Source: Mobula hypostoma (Eukaryota). Taken from it: 64,000 nucleotides of DNA. A program made the position numbers and the translations under genes. A model generated the notes under the pieces. That model searched no databases, had not been told where the DNA came from, and was given only the letters and a program-made list of their open reading frames with translations. This document shows positions 13,188 through 26,350 of the stretch, in pieces. Position 1 is the stretch's first letter. Each line of letters starts with the position of its first letter. Location of the stretch: contig NC_086104.1 of assembly GCF_963921235.1 (NCBI RefSeq), positions 54,064,001 through 54,128,000 on the forward strand, read 5' to 3'.

Positions 13188-13422
13188 TTTTTAATTTTAT
13201 TTTTATTTGGATAAGGAATTCACAATTATCATGTACTCTTTTCACACATATAACCTTTTCCATTTTTTTATATGTATAAAACTACAATTATTTATACATT
13301 CTTAAGTACACATTGAGACGATATAAAAGGAAAATAAACATTTAAATAGATAATTATGTACTGTGGTAAATCTAACCTATTAGGCTAAGTAATGAAATTA
13401 GTTGTTAAGAAAAATGGTAATA
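13188..13422 (-). mobile_element. 5'-truncated poly(A) retro-insertion with a 15-bp TSD (L1-type TPRT)
   Basis: TSD ACCTACCATAATTTT at 13173-13187 and 13423-13437. Minus strand ends in AATAAA followed by an A-rich tail. Target reads TTT/AAAA. Confidence 0.8.
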
Positions 13423-14429
13423 ACCTACCATAATTTTAAATGAATAAATAATTGTTAGCTTTTGGTTCTGTTATCTGTTCATTCATTCACTTAAGCTTGT
13501 GCAGATCATGGTAGAATGTCAGTAATGTAAGCTCAATAAGCCAAATATATAGAGTAGTAAGGGTTAGTACGTTGTGCTGCTGCATTGGTGCTGGAAGCAT
13601 GGCAACACTAGTGGGTTAACCCTACACATACTCAGACTGTGTTGGTCGGCTACTCCAAAAATGCATTTCACTGAATTTTTCAATGTTTCGAAGTACTTGT
13701 GACAACTAAAGCTAACATTTATACTTAAATATATTTCTAGCTGATTAATATAAAGGAAGTTATCAAAACAAATTCAGGCTTCAGTAATCCTGAGCCATAA
13801 TTTAGTTGGCAAACCATGTTTCCAAGACAAGGACTTTAAAAATTAAACAGATTAAAATACTTCTAGCTTCTTTGATGAAGATAGTGTTGTTAGTGTTTTC
13901 TTCCATTCTTACAAAGAGAGAAGCGTAACATCAATACAAAAAGTTTTATGGTGACTGCACATTTATTACATCTGGAACATGGCTGCTATTATTAGATATT
14001 ATAGATATAAATGTTAAAAACTGTGGTATTTATCATTTTAACTTAAGTATACTTTTGTTCAATATACTTCAATAAACTACAAGCAAAAAGCAATAACAAT
14101 ATTCACATTTCAAGCATCTGATTTATTAATAATCTTTACAGATACATGGGAAGCTAGAAACAAATAAGAGCCCGTTTCTGTAGCCAAACTGACAAAACAT
14201 ATTACTTGAAAATTGATCCTCAAATGCCTGTTTTTCATGCATAAATCATGCATAATGAGCATTTTGCAATACTTTTAAATTTTTTCCACCTATTTTCTGC
14301 TGAAACCCTGCCCAAATGGAAATTGAACCAACTGTTTCCTGCCACAATTCCCCCCAAAATGTAATTTCCTTAATGTATTCTGCACAGAGTTATCATCAGA
14401 GTTCGAACTTCACTTCCTATGTCATTTGC

Positions 14430-14645
14430 AAGGGGACTGTATGTCCTCCCTGTGGAATGCAAGTGTTTTCTCTGAGTGCTCTGGTTTCCTCCCACAGTCC
14501 AAAGGTGTACCAGTTAGGTTAATTAGTCATTGTAAATTGACTCATGATTAGGCTAGTGTTAAATCGGTGGTTACAGGGTGGAATGGCTCGGAAGGCCAGA
14601 AGCATCTATTCTGCACTGCATCTCTAAAATAAATAAATTAAATTA
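14430..14645 (+). mobile_element. V-SINE fragment
   Basis: GAGTGCTCTGGTTTCCTCCCACAGTCCAAAG and an (AAAT)n tail. Confidence 0.75.
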
Positions 14646-16256
14646 ATAAGAGTTACTAACTTAAGGCCTTTGTGGAAAAAACATTACAATAATGGAAAAA
14701 CAAGAATTTCACTGTCTTAAAAGTAGTGAACTGTGCATGAATTGAAATGATATTTGGTTTTTTAATATAAAGTAGCACAACTGGCAACTTCTACTAAAAC
14801 AAAAAATCTGTGTACACTTTGTAAAGATTGAGATGCAATGAACTGCTCACTGTAACTCACTGACCCCTGGATGTATAGACCTGATGTTGCCACTGATCAC
14901 AGGACTAGTGGATACAATCTAAACCACTTCATTAAACTTACAGTGGGCTATATCTTCTCCAAGTACTGCTAGAAGTTAATCCTCCCACCTCTCTATGGCA
15001 GCTGAAGAGACCTCTGAAAAGTGCTGACCTATTTCCTTGACCATCGAACAAGGAATTGCTGTATGTAAAATATCCTAGTCATGTTTTAACAGCCTTAATG
15101 GGGAGCGAACTGCAATAATGATTTCTTAAAGCTAATATGACCAAATTTGATGACATTTTCTGTGGCTTAGAATTTTGCATTAGTGCCATATAGAGCTTTT
15201 TTAGAGCACAAATTAGCTGAAATACAATATCTAGACATGAAAATATTATTTTCAGAGCTTCACAATATTAATACCAATAGGGCAGCTTGGTTGAATTATT
15301 GAGAAAATTAATCAGTGTTTTACCTATAATAGACCTTGTTCAGAGGACCATTATTAAAAACTGACAGGGATTTTAAATCACAGTTAACTTTCCAATAAGA
15401 TTCTGGCTCAAAGTTGACCAACACCTGGTGTTTGCCTGACCTAACATACTTAAATTCCTTTTCATGTATTTCTTTAAATGGAAGGCAGTATTTTTTTTAT
15501 AGACTAATGTACAGAATGATTAAGATCTGGATTTGACCAACTAGAAGGGCATTTGAATCACTGCTTCCAAAAAGGAATTAGGATGGGGCTTGATATGTAA
15601 TAGTTGGCAGAGCCGCAGTCAAAGGAGAGGGAATGTAATTTTATAAATTTAGCTCTGTAAGGATGCAAGGACTAGATTGGCTACGGTGCACTCCTATGTT
15701 CGAGTGATTCTGCAAGCAGGCATCCTGAGAGTTGGGTAGATTTGATCAAATGGAGGCAAAGTTATCTAATGCAGAAAAGAATTGTGGAAATTATGACTTT
15801 GGTTCTACAACTGATAAGAAACCCTTATATGTACATCTGTCCATCAGTGCCCGTCATTCGTTCACCAGCAGGGCTGACTGGGTACTCATCAAACTTCGGG
15901 ATAAACCATTGACAGGTAATTTCAAAAATGCCACTCAGACATAAAACAGACTTATAATTACATGGAATTTTTTGTCTTGTGAATGACAAAACAAAAACAT
16001 ATTTAGTCTTAAGTGGTAAATTGTCCACAATGTGTATTCATACTGAATTTTAAAATGTTTGCATTGCTTAACTTTTAAAAACATTTAACTTAATATCATA
16101 TAAATTCATATATTTTACTGTGCCATTGGCTTGCAATTAATAGCACTAGATGAACAAAAAGCTGATACCATTTTGAAAAGGAATTTGTTTAAAATTTTTA
16201 CATCTTACCACCAACAAAAAACAAGCTTATAAAAGTAAATCGTGTGAAGCACCCAC

Positions 16257-16274
16257 CTTCAACATAGTTGTCTT
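16257..16274 (-). CDS. Candidate 18-nt alternatively spliced microexon of an unidentified host gene (KTTMLK in phase 0, or xDNYVE in phase 1)
   Basis: Minus strand reads CTTAAT (branch-like), TCTTTTTCCTTTTTCTCCTTCCCTGCCTGTGCACACAG | AAGACAACTATGTTGAAG | GTGGGT. Three TGCATG lie upstream and the context is repeat-free. Confidence 0.55.
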
Positions 16275-16324
16275 CTGTGTGCACAGGCAGGGAAGGAGAA
16301 AAAGGAAAAAGACTCATTAAGCAG

Positions 16325-16386
16325 CATGCAAATTGGAGTTTGCCTCTGCATGTTCTGATCATGCAAGGCATTAAACACAACATGCA
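16325..16386 (-). promoter_or_regulatory. Cluster of three RBFOX-type TGCATG motifs upstream of the candidate microexon
   Basis: CATGCA on the plus strand at 16325-16330, 16360-16365 and 16381-16386. Confidence 0.5.
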
Positions 16387-17699
16387 AGTGTTCCATCAAC
16401 AACATTGAACAGAAATAAGCGTGAAAGAAGCAGTGCTCTTTAAAAGTCAGCATAATTGGAAAAAAGAAACAATATATAAAGGGAAGAAAGTGCAGTCTGC
16501 CTCTAAAGGCTTAAGTGGGTAAATATATTTTTAAAACTGTCAGGAAAGCTGAATTAGAAACAATAGACATAAAATTATTACTCTTGCATTTCCCATTCTT
16601 AATTAAACTTTTAAGACAGATTCACAGGATTTTAAAATTACAACTTCTATATACTTGAAAAGCAAAGAAGATACTAAAGCTAAACCAACAAAATATTCTA
16701 TTGAATAAAGCAAATGAAGCCATTATGCAAATACTTATCTAAAACAATTGCATAATTTAGCAATATAGCAAGTTTGTAAAAAAGAGGATAATTTCATATT
16801 TCATTTCTACCATTTTTCAAGTTTTCATGCAACTATCCATTGCTCCACACATCATCTAAAACAAAAGATTAAGTTACTTGCACAATAGTGTCTTAATGAA
16901 AGGCAGAAGTTTAATGACAATTTATTGAAATTTGTACTGCACTGATTCAAAAACCATAACAATGAGTTTGGTCCATAAATTTTATTAAATTACAGAACTA
17001 ATGAGCTTGCTTCATAATTCAATTTTTATGCCTACTATTCCTTAGCAAAGTATTTATTTTTAAACAAAAATAGAAAATGTTGAAAATATTCAGGCTAGGA
17101 GGAGTTTATCATAGTGGACTGGACTTCACAACCTCTACATTCTACTCAACAGCTTACTTTCTTTATGTTCTCACCCTATAACTGCCTAAATTGACTCACT
17201 GACCACATTACATTGTACACAGCTTAACGCCATAGTTAAACCAGGTTGCCCATATCAAATATATCCCCACCACACCCCACCCCACCCTCTCTGCAGTTTT
17301 TCAAGCTTCCTTCGCCTCCCTTTCAAGTCTGATGTTGTTGTCTATGCAGCCTGAATTACTGCCTATTTGCAGCACCTTCTGTTGTTAGTTTAGATTTCCT
17401 GCATTGCTGCTCTTTTCATCTTCAAGTATTTATTCTTCACTGTTCCATACATAATCCTTTATTACTCTATAAAGAGACAAAATTAAATAATCAAATAGCA
17501 TTTAAACACTCCCCATTCTCTTTGCTCTACCTTATCTTATACTCGATGAAACATGTTGCATCATGATTCTAACCGCAAACACACAAATCTAGCAGCTCAT
17601 CTATCAAAATTTCATAAATTAAACATAATTTTGAAAAAGTTTATTTTAAATTATATAACACATAGATCCTAGAGATGATATAATGTTCTAATAAAATAA

Positions 17700-18810
17700 G
17701 GCCATAAGGTCATAAGATATAGGAGCAGAATTAGGCCATCTAGCCCATTGAGTCTGCTCCACCATTTCATCACGCAGATCCATTTCCCGCTCAGCCCCAG
17801 TTTTCTGCATTCTCCCCATATTCTTGACTAATCAAGAATCAATCAACCTCTATCTTAAATATACCCAATGACTTGGGCTCCACAGTCACCTGTGGCAAAG
17901 AATTCCACAGATTCACCACTCTCTGGCTAAATAAATTCCTCCTCATCTCTGTTCTAAATGGATGTCCCTCTATTCTGAGGCTATGTCCTCTGGCTCTACA
18001 CTCCCCCACCATCCTCTCCTAATCTTCCCTTTTAATATTCAATAGCTTTTAATGAGATCCCCCCCACCCTTCTGAATTCCAGTGATTATAGGCCCACAGC
18101 CATCAAAAGCTCCTCACATAAATTATTCAATCCCAGAATCATTTTTGTGAACTTCCTTTGAACCCTCTCCAATGAAAGCACATTCTTTCTTAGATAAGGA
18201 GTCAAAAACTTCTCAGTATGTTCCAAATGAGGCCTCACCAGTTCCTTATAGAAAATTAACATTACATCTTTGCTCTTATATTCTAATCCTCTCAAAATGA
18301 ATACTAACATTGCATTTGCCTTCCTCACCACTGGCTCAACCTGCAAATTAATCTTTAGGGAATCCTGCATGAGGACCCTCAAGTCTCTTTGCACCTCAGA
18401 TTTTTGAATTTTCTTTTTACTTAGAAAATAGTTTGTTTTTATTTCTTCTACCAAAGTGCATGACCACACACTGTGTGACACTGTATTCCATCTGCCCATC
18501 CTCCTAACCTTACTGTAACCTCTCTGCTTCCTCAAAACTACCTGCACCTCCACATATCCTTCTATCGTCTAATAGCTTGTATCGTCACAAAACCATTAAT
18601 TCCTTCATCCAAATCATTGACATATAATGTAAAAAGAAGCAATCCCTACACAGACCCCTGTGGAACATAATACTCACCAGCAGGCAACCAGAAAAGGCTC
18701 CTTTTATTCCTACTGTTTGCCTCCTGCCAACCAGTCACTGCTTTATCTGTGATAGTATCTTTCCTGAAATACCATGGGCTCTTAACTTGTTAAGCAGCCT
18801 CATGTGTAGC
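17700..18810 (-). mobile_element. CR1 LINE 3' half
   Basis: ORF 18086-18553 (QRDLRVLMQDSLK...LVRPHLEH...LERVQRKFTKMI) and a CR1 3' terminus at 17700-17770. Confidence 0.9.
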
Positions 18811-20024
18811 AACTCATCACAAAATGTAGCATTATAATTAATGGACAGCAGCTCAGTACTTTTTCCAAAATATTTATAAAACCTAAAGTACTGCTGCACC
18901 ACCAAGTTATTTGCCTAATATTTTCCAGGAAACTGAAGCTCAAACATGTTCTCTGTTTGGTTAATTATATGGCATAGAGTTATTATACACCAAATGTATC
19001 ATTTGCTTTTAGTTGTGCTGCAGTTTACTTTTGCCATAAGCAATCCATAGTTGATGCACACTTCTGAAGTGGAACTCAGAATTCGAATCAAATTTATTAT
19101 CACTGACATGTCATGAACTTTATTGCTTTGTAGCAGTAGTACAGTGGCTTTCAAAAAATATACTACAAATTACAAGAAGATTCCTGAGAGTATCCTTACA
19201 CCATCCTGTTAGGTCACCAAGCAACCTTATCAGTATCACTCATTTGTATTATAGATGCAGTTAACTTATGAATTGATGCTGTATTTTTAAAGCATTGTTG
19301 AACACATCTCAGTTCTGCAGTAATTTTTCTTTAAAGATCCCACAGTTAAATTTATAACATAGAAAGCAAGTTTTGATTAAAGCCATCTAAGAGCTACCAA
19401 AACTGCCACACCATCAAATAATTTGATTTGTAAAATACCCTCCTTTATTCAATTTAGTAGATGTTCTGCTTTAGTGTATGTAACTGCAATGTGATTTCAT
19501 TATTTTTGGAATATGTTCTGCAGGGGCAGTGGACAGTGCAAACATAATTAATTTAAATGGACTCTTGATATCAAATACCCAAGCAAGAAGATGTAAGTAG
19601 CTTACAGGATCCACCCAGTTTACAACAGAGTTCTGTTCTTGTAAGCCTTTTGTAACCCACGCAGTGCACAAATCAGAAATGTGGCCATATATCGAGTCAC
19701 CAAGTGACAGAAGATGCCTGTAACCCTGGAACAGCTAACAAACCAAACCAGTCAGTCTCCCAAGTGCTTTAATGTATATATGCACAGCACACAAGTTGGG
19801 CTTTTATAACCTGGGAAGGACCAACAGTTGCTTCTTGCACTTTATTTGCTTAACCTTAACATTTTTTAAATAACCCTAGGTCCTTTGGTCTGTGATTTTA
19901 TCACTTATTTTTTTAAGAACTTGAACTCTCCTCTAAGGTATTTAATTATTCTTAATTATCAAAATGCTGTCAGGATGATGCTTCATGATACAATGCCTAG
20001 ACCAAGATACAGAAACTCCTCTGA

Positions 20025-20505
20025 CATCAGAATCAGAATCAGGTTTATTATCACCAGCATGTGACGTGAAATTTGTTAAATTAGCAGCAGCAGTTCAATG
20101 TAGTACATAATCTAGCAGAGAGAAAAAATAATAAAATAAAACATAATTATAAATAAACAAGTAAATCAATTACATATATTGAATAGATTTTTTAAAATGT
20201 GCAAAAACAGAAATGCTGTACATTTAAAAAGTGAGGTAGTGTCCAAAGTTTCAATGTCCATTTAGGAATCCGATGGCAGAAGGGAAGAAGCTGTTTCTGA
20301 ATCACTGAGTGTGTGCTTTCAGGCTTCTGTATCTCCTACCTGATGGCAACAGTGAGAAAAGGGTATGCCCTGGGTGCTGGAGGTCCTTAATAATGGACGC
20401 TGCCTTTCTGAGACACCGCTCCCTAAAGGTGTCCTGGGTACTTTTGTAGGCTAATGCCCAAGATGGAGATAACTAGATTTACAACCTTCTGCAGCTTCTT
20501 TCGGT
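20025..20505 (-). mobile_element. Rex1-like LINE 3' end
   Basis: (ATCAGA)n tail. Minus strand encodes HPGHTLFSLLPSGRRYRSLKAHTQ*FRNSFFPSAI. Confidence 0.8.
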
Positions 20506-22744
20506 AACAGTGTCTCATCTGAGTTGGGCAGCAGGCTGGATCAAGGAAAAATCCACCCATCTACAATTCGTGAAGTTGTTGAAAAGTAATGGCAAGGTTA
20601 TCAGTGTTTACCAATATTAATAAGTAAAATCAGATAGCAACCTCATATCTTTACTTATACAGTTTAATTTGCAAATCGTTAGGCTGCTGTGAATGCTGCT
20701 CTCCTCCTCTTGCATGTTACTGAGAAATTTGGTTTAAAAATAATAGAATGGCATGAGCTTGTACTTAATGACATATACTCATAAAATACATCATAAAATA
20801 TTAGGATCCATTCAAACTTAAGTATAGTTTCAAACAGCGTTATTTTAAAATTACTGTAGATAATTCCACAGGCCTTGAAAAACTATATATGGGAAATCAG
20901 CTTGCTGAAAAGGAAGTGCAATTCTTTTCCCTTATGTACATTATCGTTTTCTTTTACTGCTCTTTCTTTCCTCATCATTTTGCATTCTGAATATGATCCA
21001 GCTTGTATTGTGAAAATACTTATACCCTGTTAATAGAACAAATTGTGGAGGCAAAGTATAACATGCTATCATAACTATGCAAGTCTATTATAAATTGTCC
21101 AACACCTTTTTATATTTCTAATTACATAAAGTTCCAGTGCAAAAAAAAACACTGAGGGATTGTAAATTGAGTTGTACTAAATGACTGGGTCAGTGTATTC
21201 ACTGCTGACCATATAAATCAGGCTAGCATTCCTCATTAATGAATAATTTGAGAAATGATATCTGATTAGGCTTACATGCAGAGGAGCACAAATGACTTCA
21301 GGTCTGTCCCTCTCAGGCACTTTTCTCTCCTTATTTCTGAATATGATATACATTACTAGGGACTGATGGCTATAAATAATCAATGTGTTTATCTCTGGCG
21401 GTCTGCCAAGAGTAGAAGATGAAGTGAATGCCCCTTGGTCTTCGTTCACTTCACAAGTCTGCAATACTAAGCAGAGATGAAAATGGACAGAGTTGTGTTA
21501 TTATGTGAGGCAATGGGAAGAAGGATGTTGGTGGTTGGTGGAGGGGGGGTGCACGGGAAATGGGACATTGAAAATGAACACTAGAAACAGAATAGAAGCA
21601 TAATACAAGTAGATCCTTGAGCCTCTTTATATTCATGTGAGTAATCCATGCAAACCACTCTCAGCTATCAAGGGAGTTCAAATTGTGCATGTGTAAGTGA
21701 AATATCTGCATAAGATACAAGAGTGTGGAAGAATAATAAGAAATAAAGAGTAATGGAAGCTGAGGTGTGTTAGAGTACTTTTTGGGATTAGGTCATTAAC
21801 ACATAGTAAATGGCTTCAACCACCAGTCTTTTGTTTCTTGACAATACATTTCCTAAAAGCTGTGAATATCAGAATCCCAGTCCATTTGTAACAATGCACT
21901 TTCTAAAAGCAGTGAATACCGGAATACCAGTCCAGACGCTGCTGATGAGAAGGTGTGAGGTTTGCATGCAGTTTCAAAGACAGCATTATCTATACTTTGT
22001 AAATATCGACGTCCTTCATGTTAAGCATGTAAAATACCAAACAAGTGCATTGTGGATTCAGTTTGGAACAATGGATTCCTGAATACCAGTCCTGATGCTG
22101 CTGGCACCAGTAGGATGGATGTAATCAGGAGGTGTGAAGTTTGTATGTAGCTTCAAAAGAAAGCATTGTCTATACTTTGTAAATATGAAATGGTCCTTTG
22201 TGTGTGTAGCAAATAAATATCGAGCCCCACGTTGGGCAGCAGACCTTTCCACCGAAAGGGTCTCTATATGTCTGTTGTACCTTGTTTTGTCAAATAAAGA
22301 AGCTGCTTTGTATCTACCAATAACTCTCTCTCTGGTGATTTCATCCACGCAACAACAAGGTGAAAGTGCAGAAACTAGAAATAAAATTGTCCCAATTTCA
22401 CTATTCATTTATTTCCATAAATGCCTCCTGGCCTGCTGAGTTCCTGCAGCATTTTCTGTGTATTTCAGAAGTAAACATCTAAACTGAAGATGTTACTCAC
22501 CATGTTCTCAGGTATCAAATAACAAAGACGTATAGATTAGCAATAGAAAAATAATATTAGCTTTCAGAAAGCAAATGAAACCAGTGCTTCCAAACCACCA
22601 AATGGAAGTTTAGTCCTCGAGAAAAACTGTATCACTCTTCCTGTCAAGATGGTGGAGTTAGTGAAACCCAACAAACTGAGAACAGTCTGCTTGCCCCAGT
22701 ACATCCTCAGACTGTGTTGGCTGTTGATGCAAACAAAACATTTC

Positions 22745-25700
22745 ACAAGAGTTCTTCCTGTCCTTCCTACCATCCCATTAGCCTCCTCATCCAACACATC
22801 ATTCCCTGCAACATCCACCATTTTCAAAGGGATCATACCGCTAAACATATCTTTACCTCCTCCCCCCACCCTGCTTTTCATGGAGTTCACTCCTTCTGCA
22901 AGTTGAGAGGGATAAGGGCAGATCAGAAGTGTCAGTATTGCAGTTGAACAAAGGAGACTATGGAGCCATGAAGGAGGTGCTGGCCAAAGTTGACTGGTCG
23001 GATATCCTAGCAGAAAAGACAGTGGAACAGCAATGTCAGGTATTCTTGGGAATAATGCACAAGGTGCAAAATCAGTTCATCCCCTGGAGAAGGAAGGATT
23101 CAAAGGGGGGAAAGTAGCCACAGTGGTTGACAAAGGAAGTCAGAGATAGCATAGCATTAAAAAAGTATAACAGAGCTAAGGTGAGTGGGAAGACGGATGA
23201 TTGGGAAATTTTTAAGGAGCAACAGAACTTAACTAAAAAGGCAATATAGGGAGAAAAAATGAGGTATGAACGCAAGCTAGCTAGGAATATAAAGGAGGAT
23301 AGCAAAAGTTTTTTTAGGTGTGTGAAGAGAAGGAAGATAGTTAAGAACAATGTTGGGCCCTTGAAGAATGAATTAGGAGAAATTGTTATGGGAAACAGAG
23401 AAACGGCAGACGAATTTAATAAGTACTTTGGATCTGTCTTCACTAGGGAAGACACAAGCAATCTCCCAGATGTATGGATGGGCCAAGGACAACAGGGTAA
23501 CAGAGGAACTGAAACAGATTGACATTAGAAAGGAAACGGTGATGAGTAAACTGATGGGACTGAAGGCTAACAAATCCCCAGGTCCAGATGGTCTGCATCC
23601 TAGGGTACTAAAGGAGGTGGCTCTGGAAATTGCGGATGCATTGGTGATCATTTTCCAATGTTCCTTAGATTCAGTATCAGTTCCTGAGTATTGGCCAATG
23701 GCTAATGTTATCCCACTTTTTAAGAAAGGAGGGAGGGAGAAAACAGAGAACTATCACCCTGTTAGCCTAACATGAGTAGTGGGGAAGATGCTAGAGTCCA
23801 TTATTAAAGATGAAATAGCGGCATATCTTGATAGCAGTGATAGGATTGGGCCGCGCCAGCATGGATTTACCAAGGGCAAATCATGCTTCACTAATCTATT
23901 GGAGTTTTTTGAGGATGTAACCAGGAAGATAGACACGGGAGATCCAGTGGATGTGGTGTACCTTGACTTTCAGAAGGCATTCGATAAGGTACCACATAGG
24001 AGGTTAGTGGGTAAAATCAGAGCTCATGGCATTGGGGGGAGGATATTGACATGGATAGAAGACTGGTTGGCAGATAGAAAGCAAAGGGTAGCAGTGAATG
24101 GGTGTTTCTCGGAATGGCAGATGGTGACTAGTGGGGTGCCACAGGGCTCGGTATTGGGACCACAGCTGTTTACGATTTACGTCAATGATTTAGAGGAAGG
24201 CATTGTGAATAACATCAGCAAGTTTGCTGATGATACTAAGCTGGGTGGCAGTGTGACATGTGATAAGGATGTTAGGAGAATTCAAGGTGACTTGGATAGG
24301 CTGGGTGAGTGGGCAGAAACTTGGTAGATGGCGTTTAATGTGAGTAAGTGTGAGGTTATTCACTTTGGGAGCAAGAACAGGAAGTCAGATTATTACCTAA
24401 CTCCACACCGTTCAGATAAGGGAGAAATACAAAGAGATCTAGGAGTACTTGTTCATCAGTCTCTTAAGGTGAATGAGCAAGTGCAGCAGGCAGTGAAGAA
24501 GGTTAATGGAATGTTGGCCTTTATTACAAAGGGAATGGAGTACAAGAGCAAGGAAATCCTTTTGCATTTGTACAGGGCCCTGGTGAGACCACACCTGGAG
24601 TATTGTGTGCAGTTTTGGTCTCCAGGGTTAAGGAAGGACATCCTGGCTGTGGAGGAGGTGCAGCGTAGGTTCACTAGGTTAATTCCTGGGATGTCCAGAC
24701 TGTCTTACGCAGACAGGTTAGAGAGACTGGGCTTGTACATGCTGGAATTGAGGAGATTGAGGGGGGTTCTGATTGAGACATATAAGATTATTAAGGGATT
24801 GGACAAGATAGAGGCAGGAAATATGTTCCAGATGCTGGGAGAGTCCAGTACCAGAGGGCATGGTTTAAGAATAAGGGGTAGGTCATTTAGGACAGAGTTG
24901 AGGAGGAACTTCTTCTCCCAGAGAGTTGTGGAGGTGTGGAACGCGCTGCCTCAGAAGGCAGTGGAGGCCACTTCTCTGGATGCTTTCAAGAAGGAGCCAG
25001 ATAGGTATCTTATGGATAGGGGAATCAAGGGTTATGGGGACAAGGTAGGAACCGGGTATTGATAGTAGATGATCAGCCATGATCTCAGAATGGTGCTGCA
25101 GGCTCGAAGGACCGAATGGTCTACTTCTGCACCTATTGTCTATTGTCTTCTATGATTCCTTTGACCACTAGTACCTCCTCACTAATTTCCTTCCCGGTGC
25201 TTATCTCTGCAAGTGACCCAAGTGCCACACCTGCCAATAAACCTCCTCCCTCTCCTCTATTAAGGGCCCCAAACAGTCCTTCCAGATGAGGAAACACTTC
25301 ACCAACAAATCTGCTGAAGTCCTCTATTGTGTCTGGTGCTCCTGATGCGTCTTCCTCAACGTTGGTGAGATCCATTGTAAACTGAGGACACATTTTGTCG
25401 AGCACCTCCGTTACATCTGCCACAAGAGCCATCCGTTGTTGTCTCATTTTTACTGTGTACTTTACCAGCAGTTATGGTCAAAATGACAATAAAAAGTGAT
25501 TTGACTTGATAGCAGAACTTCCTGGTGGGCAAGGTCTTGGCCCCCTCTTTCCTCTCCTATCAGATTCCTTCTTCTCCAGCCATTAACCTTTCACACCCAC
25601 CAGGCTTCACCCATCACCTTCCAGCTAGCCTCCTTCTGCTCCCCCCACCTTTTTATTTATGAATCTTATCCATTCCTTCCTAGTCCTGAAGAAGGACCTC

Positions 25701-25781
25701 AGCCCAAAATGTCAACCATTTACTCATTTCCATAGATGCTGTCTGACCTGTTGAGTTCCTCCAGCATTTTGTGTGCGTTGC
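22745..25781 (+). mobile_element. Older Penelope-like element (22745-22900 and 25148-25781) split by a CR1 insertion
   Basis: Both halves are colinear with 49585-50585: the PLVLTYHP-like region, the GIY-YIG region at 25310-25420, and the terminal CTGAAGA...AAAATGTC motif. Confidence 0.75.
22900..25147 (+). mobile_element. Young 5'-truncated CR1 LINE; ORF2 RT region with stops and frameshifts
   Basis: ORFs 23383-23775 (KSPGPDGLHPRVLKE), 23779-24327 (YLDFQKAFDKVPH, GVPQGSVLGP, FADD) and 24328-25062. (CTATTGT)n tail. Confidence 0.95.
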
Positions 25782-25789
25782 AACACATT

Positions 25790-26350
25790 TCACTGTATGT
25801 TTCAATGTACAGGGTTCTGCAGTGCCTTTTTGAAATGCTACTCATGTGCTGGTCCCAGGACAGATTCTCTGATATAATCACACCCAGGAATTTAAAGTTA
25901 CTGACCCTTTCAACCTCCAATCTCCAAACAAACACTGGCTCATGGAATCCCCATTGTCTTCCTCCTGTTGTCAATAATTGGCTTTTTGGTTTTGCTGACA
26001 CTGAATGAGAGGTTGCTGTTGTGGCACCACTCAACCAAATTTCAATCTCCCTCCAGTATGCTGATTCGTCTCCACCTTTGATTCAGCCCACAACATAGTG
26101 TTATCATAAATATGGCATTGGAACTGTACTTAGCCTCACAGTCATACGTATAAAGTGAGTAGAGTGGGGGGGTCAAAGCATACAGCCCTGTGGAACCCCT
26201 GTGCTAGTAGTGATTGTGATGAAGACAATGTTTGCAATTTGTACTGACTAGGATCTGCATGTAAGGAAGTCGAGGATATACAAAGAGGTATCGAAGCTTA
26301 GGTCTAGTAGCCTAATGATTAGTTTTGAGGGGATAACAGTGTTGAACTAC
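25790..26350 (-). mobile_element. Rex1-like LINE RT fragment
   Basis: ORF 25720-26034 contains VERVSNFKFLGVIISENLSW; a GVPQGC-like motif lies near 26185-26200. Confidence 0.75.
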
